Positions 59,883 to 64,000 of a stretch of DNA of 64,000 bases are shown here, one piece after another (positions within the stretch are counted from its first letter, which is position 1; each line of letters starts with the position of its first letter). The translations under genes were made by a program, and so were the position numbers. Source of the stretch: an uncultured Planctomycetaceae bacterium (GTDB taxonomy: Bacteria > Planctomycetota > Planctomycetia > Pirellulales > PALSA-1355); the NCBI GenBank assembly GCA_963715755.1, contig OY970273.1, positions 6,121,797 to 6,185,796 on the forward strand. Reading direction: 5' to 3'. The notes beneath the pieces are model-generated. The model saw nothing but the letters and a program-made list of their open reading frames with translations, had not been told where the DNA came from and made no database searches.

Positions 59883-61765
59883 GGAATCCCTTGGACGGTG
59901 ATCGCGGCCGGCGGCGCGAAGCCGTAGAGGCCGAGGTAGTTGATCCCGGTCGGATTATAGAGTGAGAGCGTGGTGACACCGGTGCAGTTGCCCCAGAAGT
60001 TGTTGAGATTGTACTGGACCGTGAAACCAAACGCGGGATTTCCCCCAGCCGCAGGAAACGCATAGGTCAGCGTCACGTTCCAGTTGCAATAAAACATCTG
60101 CACGCCGGCCACCGTGAACGACGCGTTCGTGCTCCCTGCGGTGAACGTGGCGTCTGTGCTTCCGTCGCCTTCCGACGGGTGGGACCAATCGAGCGTCGCG
60201 CTGATGCTGGTTGCGCCGGTGCTTCCCGGCTGCGTGCCGCCAGGGATGTAGATGTTGGCGATGGTGAGCTGCGCGTACGTTGCGGCAGACGATGCGGCGC
60301 CGGAGCACCAGTCCTGCGCCCGCCCGAAATTGTCCGTGGCGATGAATATCCCGTAGAGAAAGATCGCATCTTTCTGCGGGTAGAATGTCCCACCCAGGAA
60401 GCCGGCTGGAACAATCACTTCGAGCTGTGTCCAATCGTCATCATCGATGTCGCAGCAGGAGCAATAGCCCGGGCAGTTGTAGAGATCGCCGGCCCCCTCG
60501 AGGCCGGTTGCCGAGAGATAATAGACCCCGTAGTTTGACCACGAGACGGCGCCTGAATTCGTAGAACAAAACAAGCCGGGCGGAATGATTAAGGCGGTTG
60601 CCGCATCCCAGAACGAAGCGACGCAGGTTCCATCGTAATAAACCTGGGTCCACGCGTTGAAGTTTCCAACCTGATAACGTACTTCGATGGCGTGCGTAGA
60701 CCCGACTGCCGCTGAAACGGGGATCGTTCCCATGCTCCCATTGATCGGTGCCCCGAGCCCATTCAGAGTCAACTGCGGCGTGCTGCCGAATTCGAGCGTG
60801 ATGTTTGGCGCCGTCGATCCCGGACTGCCGCCGCCGCCCGCTCCATGACCGATGCCCAGGACGGCCCCGTCGTTGTCGGCGGTCATGGTGCACGTGATCC
60901 CGGTAATTCGCACGCCAGGGTCGACGATAGTTCCGACCGACGGAATGAAGTGCCCCGTGCCGCTTCCGCCAGCCAATGCCGTCCACCCCGTAGCCCCGCT
61001 CGACAGCGTGTGCCCCACGCCCTGGAAGGCATAACAGGTCGACGTGCAGATCGGGCAGCCGATCTTGTACCGCCAGGCTGCAAATGCCCCCACCGTGCCA
61101 AACGGATCCCCGGAGTCGTACTCGCCAAACAGGATGTAGTAACCGCTCGTCACGGCCCCTGAGCCGAGCGCCACATACGCGTTGCCGTTGTTGGAGCCGA
61201 ACTGATAAGACAGGTAGTTAAAGGTCGGCGCCCCGTTCCCGCCCGCGGCCGTAAGATTGTTGTTCGCGTCGAAGCAGACCTGGGCCAAAAAGATATTCGT
61301 GCTCAGCGTGCCTTCGCCGGCCGGGCTCATCGCTAACGAACCGCCCTGGCCCTGGATGGCGATCGTTGCATGTACCGTGTCGGCGCCTGCCACGCGCTCG
61401 CCGATGTTGACTGTGCCACCGGTCCCGCTGCCATAGGCAACCCAAGCGTATTCGGCGTACTTGTAATTGTTCTGATCCTGGTAATCGACGCAGATCCGGT
61501 GGGCGTTTCCGGAGTGATTGCTGTCGATGCAGACGCTGACGGAGACCGGCACGCCGTCGGGGTTGGCAGTCAGGCACTGGAGCGCGGCGTAGGCGCTTCC
61601 AGTCGTGAGGTTGCCGCCGGGAAACGAAAGCGTCCACGTTCCGGCATCCTGGTTCCACTTGGACGAATTCGGCGGCTGGCCGGACCCGGTCGACGGAAAA
61701 TTGTCGGTGGCGAATTGGCAGGTGCCGCAGCAGCTGCCGGCGGGATTGAGGTTGCCCAGGCCCAT
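59879..61765 (-). CDS. large Gly/Thr/Ser/Asn/Ala-rich, Cys-cluster-containing protein; tail-fibre/adhesin-like, no recognised family
   Basis: Taken from ORF 59879..61933. I place the start at ATG 61765 (MGLGNLNPAGSCCGTCQFATDNF...), 10 nt after the upstream stop. The protein is about 628 aa and has no signal peptide. It contains about 20 Cys, including the clusters CCGTC, CPICTSTC and CPGYCSCCDIDDDDW. Its composition is beta-rich, as in fibre and receptor-binding proteins. Confidence 0.7.
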   Translation of the reverse strand: MGLGNLNPAGSCCGTCQFATDNFPSTGSGQPPNSSKWNQDAGTWTLSFPGGNLTTGSAYAALQCLTANPDGVPVSVSVCIDSNHSGNAHRICVDYQDQNNYKYAEYAWVAYGSGTGGTVNIGERVAGADTVHATIAIQGQGGSLAMSPAGEGTLSTNIFLAQVCFDANNNLTAAGGNGAPTFNYLSYQFGSNNGNAYVALGSGAVTSGYYILFGEYDSGDPFGTVGAFAAWRYKIGCPICTSTCYAFQGVGHTLSSGATGWTALAGGSGTGHFIPSVGTIVDPGVRITGITCTMTADNDGAVLGIGHGAGGGGSPGSTAPNITLEFGSTPQLTLNGLGAPINGSMGTIPVSAAVGSTHAIEVRYQVGNFNAWTQVYYDGTCVASFWDAATALIIPPGLFCSTNSGAVSWSNYGVYYLSATGLEGAGDLYNCPGYCSCCDIDDDDWTQLEVIVPAGFLGGTFYPQKDAIFLYGIFIATDNFGRAQDWCSGAASSAATYAQLTIANIYIPGGTQPGSTGATSISATLDWSHPSEGDGSTDATFTAGSTNASFTVAGVQMFYCNWNVTLTYAFPAAGGNPAFGFTVQYNLNNFWGNCTGVTTLSLYNPTGINYLGLYGFAPPAAITVQGIP

Positions 61766-61775
61766 GTGCCGCCTC

Positions 61776-62396
61776 TTACGTGTAGCAGTCGTCGGTGTCG
61801 GCGACGAGCTGTCCGCCAATGTACTTGCCCTGGACGAATTTGTTGCTGCCGCTGTTGAGCTTCTGCTTGATGATGCCCGTGGCGTAGTTGTAAATGGTCG
61901 TGGTCCAGCCCGAGTTGGTGAGCGAGCCGCCACTGTTGTAGTAGAGGTTCAAGGTCTGAGAGCCCGGCGTGCTGCCGGAAAGGGCAGGCAAATCGCCGTA
62001 GAGCTGGCCGACCAGGGCCTGGATTCCCAGCCAGCGGCCGTACATGCGCTTGGTGCCGGTGTCGACGATGCCGTCGACCAGGAAATATCCCAGCCCGCCC
62101 TTGGTCAGCGAGAACTGGCCCGGCTTGATTCCCCAGATGTCGCCCGGCGCAGGAGTGCCGGTGTCCCAAAGGGTTTGACAGGCGTCGGAGCCGCGCGCGC
62201 AGATTCCATAGCCGCCCGGGGCAATGGAAATCGGACCGTTGAAGGCAATATTCAGATTGAAGCCCGGATGATACGAGCTGCCGATCTGGTCGCAGGTCAG
62301 GATCAGCTTGACGCCGTCCTGAATGGTCGTGCCGACCACCTGCAGCGGGGCGAATGCCGGAATCGTGAGCGAACTGCTCGCGCTGCGAAACGGCAT
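61776..62396 (-). CDS. hypothetical protein, 206 aa; structural-module member
   Basis: Only the last 206 codons of track ORF 61776..63008 look real. From ATG 62396 the sequence is MPFRSASSSLTIPAFAPLQVVGTTIQDGVKLILTCDQIGSSYHPGFNLNIAFNGPISIAPGG...YIGGQLVADTDDCYT. The start lies 31 nt after the upstream stop. Confidence 0.6.
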   Translation of the reverse strand: MPFRSASSSLTIPAFAPLQVVGTTIQDGVKLILTCDQIGSSYHPGFNLNIAFNGPISIAPGGYGICARGSDACQTLWDTGTPAPGDIWGIKPGQFSLTKGGLGYFLVDGIVDTGTKRMYGRWLGIQALVGQLYGDLPALSGSTPGSQTLNLYYNSGGSLTNSGWTTTIYNYATGIIKQKLNSGSNKFVQGKYIGGQLVADTDDCYT

Positions 62397-62427
62397 CCAG
62401 TTGATCCCGGTCGATTGGTCGGGCACG

Positions 62428-64000
62428 TCACGATCCTTTGAGCAAGCGCTGCTGCTGCCGCAGCACGAGCCCGCGGCCGTTGTCGGCGATCTGGTTGATC
62501 TTGGCCGCGTTCTCGCGCAACCGCCGCTCTTGAAAACTGACGAAGCGGTGGGCCTGCTCGTCGTTGCGGCTGGCGGAGAGCGTGGTGCCTTGCCGGGAGA
62601 TGGCGATTTCGATCTGCTGGATCGCCCCGTCGAGCTCGATATCGTCGCGCAGGCCGACGTACTTAATCGTCTGCGGATAGGTGGTCTGGTACTCCTGCTC
62701 GGCCGCGTCGAGGTAATAGTCGCATTCCTCGTCGACGTCGTGCTGGTTGGTTTCGGAGTCCAGGATCTCATAATCGGCGCCGTAGACCGGCACGTGGGTG
62801 CGCGTGATCTCATCGCGGCGGATATAGCGGGTCGGAGTGTCGAACTCGTCGCTCTCGTCGCGCTCGCGCGTGTAGCGAGTCGGCGCCAGGGTGTCTGCGT
62901 CGCGCACCGCGCAAGCCACGCGCAAATAGAGCGTCGGGGGGCCAGGCTGCAGGCCGGCCGGCGGAGCATCGCCGGTGTCGAGCGCGTTGGCATAGACGTA
63001 ATCGCCAAAGATCACGAGCCCCCGAGCGCGGTCGATCCGGAACGGCCGCTTGTACTCCGTGGGCGTGTTCTCGAAACCGTCCGGCTCGATATCGGCAGGG
63101 TCGATGTTGTTGTGCAGGAGCGAACTGGTCTCCCAATCGAACCAGCTGCCATACACCGCGGCCGGCTTGTTGGCGGTCACCTGGTTGCCGAGCGCGTCGC
63201 TGACGGTCGAGGTGTCGACCTGTTCGCGTTCGAGCGGCAAAACCTGTTCGAGCGATTCCACTTCGTCGTCGACGTCGACAATTTCGTCGGGCACGACGAG
63301 CCGGAAAAATCGGTAGACGCTTGCGCGGGCCTTGGCGCGGAACTCGGGGGCCACTGAGAAAAACTCGGGGATGTCGCTGGCCGACCAGCCGCCGGCCGGC
63401 TTGTAGCTGACGCTGTCGACCGGCACCAGCGTGCCGTCGGTCTCCAGCGCAACCGGTTCGAGCAGCCAGTCGTTCTGATAGCGATCCGGGCCACAGACGA
63501 TTGCCAGCGTGTCGGGCTGCTCGGGCGGGTCGATCGTCAGGCTGTTGTCCAGGACCATGTCGTCCTGGGGCAATTCCTCGCCCTGGCCGATCACGCGCAG
63601 CGCCACCCGATTGGTGAACAGTTCCAGCACGACCCGGCAGCCGAGCTGCGCGCACAAGTCGGACAAGTACTGGGCGGGCGTGAATCGGCCCAGCTCCCAC
63701 TCGGTCGCCGGCCGTTGATCGTTCGGCAGATCGTCGACGTCGTAATCCTCTTCGCCCATTGCATCGAGCAGCAGCGCGGCCAGCTCTTGCGGGGTCTGCT
63801 CGCTGCCGTCCTTGATCGTGCCGTCGTCGTTGCGCTGGTTGTAAAAACCGGCGACGCCGCCGAAGGCCCACTTCCAGCGGCGGTCAAGGATCGTCAGCCG
63901 CCAGATCAGGCCGGCCGCATTGCGCTCCAGAGAGTGCCGATCGACCTTGCAGTCGGGCAAGTCGATTTCCACCGTGTCGTAGACCAACGACAGCGTGCCG
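62428..64000 (-). CDS. large acidic hypothetical protein (baseplate/tail-like by context only); 5' end beyond the right edge of the window
   Basis: The track ORF 62428..63987 starts at an internal TTG, and the frame is still open at base 64000 (...GTLSLVYDTVEIDLPDCKVDRH...). At least 524 aa are present. The protein has Asp/Glu-rich stretches (DVDDEVESLEQ, DESDEFDTPTRY, DVDEECDYYLDAAEQEY) and no TM helix or signal peptide. Confidence 0.7.
   Translation of the reverse strand, partial: GTLSLVYDTVEIDLPDCKVDRHSLERNAAGLIWRLTILDRRWKWAFGGVAGFYNQRNDDGTIKDGSEQTPQELAALLLDAMGEEDYDVDDLPNDQRPATEWELGRFTPAQYLSDLCAQLGCRVVLELFTNRVALRVIGQGEELPQDDMVLDNSLTIDPPEQPDTLAIVCGPDRYQNDWLLEPVALETDGTLVPVDSVSYKPAGGWSASDIPEFFSVAPEFRAKARASVYRFFRLVVPDEIVDVDDEVESLEQVLPLEREQVDTSTVSDALGNQVTANKPAAVYGSWFDWETSSLLHNNIDPADIEPDGFENTPTEYKRPFRIDRARGLVIFGDYVYANALDTGDAPPAGLQPGPPTLYLRVACAVRDADTLAPTRYTRERDESDEFDTPTRYIRRDEITRTHVPVYGADYEILDSETNQHDVDEECDYYLDAAEQEYQTTYPQTIKYVGLRDDIELDGAIQQIEIAISRQGTTLSASRNDEQAHRFVSFQERRLRENAAKINQIADNGRGLVLRQQQRLLKGS

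Larger units (their letters stand above)
58781..64000. mobile_element. possible prophage / phage-tail-like island (partial; continues past the window end)
   Basis: An XRE regulator with a palindromic operator faces a four-gene operon of family-less proteins with structural-type composition. G+C looks lower than in the flanks (by eye). The region abuts core genes (thyX). No integrase, att repeat, terminase, capsid or sheath gene is visible in the window. Confidence 0.35.

Overview
This is a GC-rich bacterial chromosome segment (roughly two-thirds G+C by eye, not computed). The gene content looks like Planctomycetota: a DUF1501 plus DUF1549/DUF1553 pair, a Tat-signal Gfo/Idh/MocA oxidoreductase, a secreted TPR-CHAT protein, and many Ala/Pro/Gly-rich linkers. 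Positions 1 to about 58,000 are ordinary core genome. They carry hisI-hisG, a RidA-family gene, a Moco oxidoreductase, a degenerate-GGDEF plus GAF-PAS-PilZ gene pair, a thioredoxin-trypsin fusion protease, metG, tig-clpP-clpP, tRNA-Gly(GCC), an NfeD-NfeD-floA operon, an MMPL exporter, a GT39 glycosyltransferase, an LptD-like protein, a cbiM-like gene, a 2Fe-2S ferredoxin, a P-II protein, glnE, miaB, murJ and thyX. The last ~5 kb (58.8-64.0 kb, running off the right edge) is the accessory-looking part. It has an XRE-type regulator behind an AT-rich palindromic promoter/operator. Converging on it is a tight four-gene operon of unrecognisable proteins, whose order and sizes resemble a phage baseplate/tail-fibre module; one is a ~628-aa Gly/Thr/Ser/Asn-rich protein with about 20 cysteines. 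This is my best candidate for something undescribed, but the call rests on synteny and composition only. Three other themes recur. (1) About ten single-nucleotide frame disruptions hit otherwise well-conserved genes (glnE three times, murJ, thyX, cbiM-like, DUF1549/1553, a GT2 gene, and two signal peptides out of frame). All sit in short G/C runs, so assembly indels are more likely than biology. (2) A REP-like palindromic element family (core CACGGCTGG-N5-CCAGCCGTG) forms a 49-bp-period array. (3) Several intergenic short tandem-repeat arrays and purine-rich, SD-like tracts sit directly after stop codons. Many very long ORFs in the track are antisense artefacts of the high GC content and were rejected.
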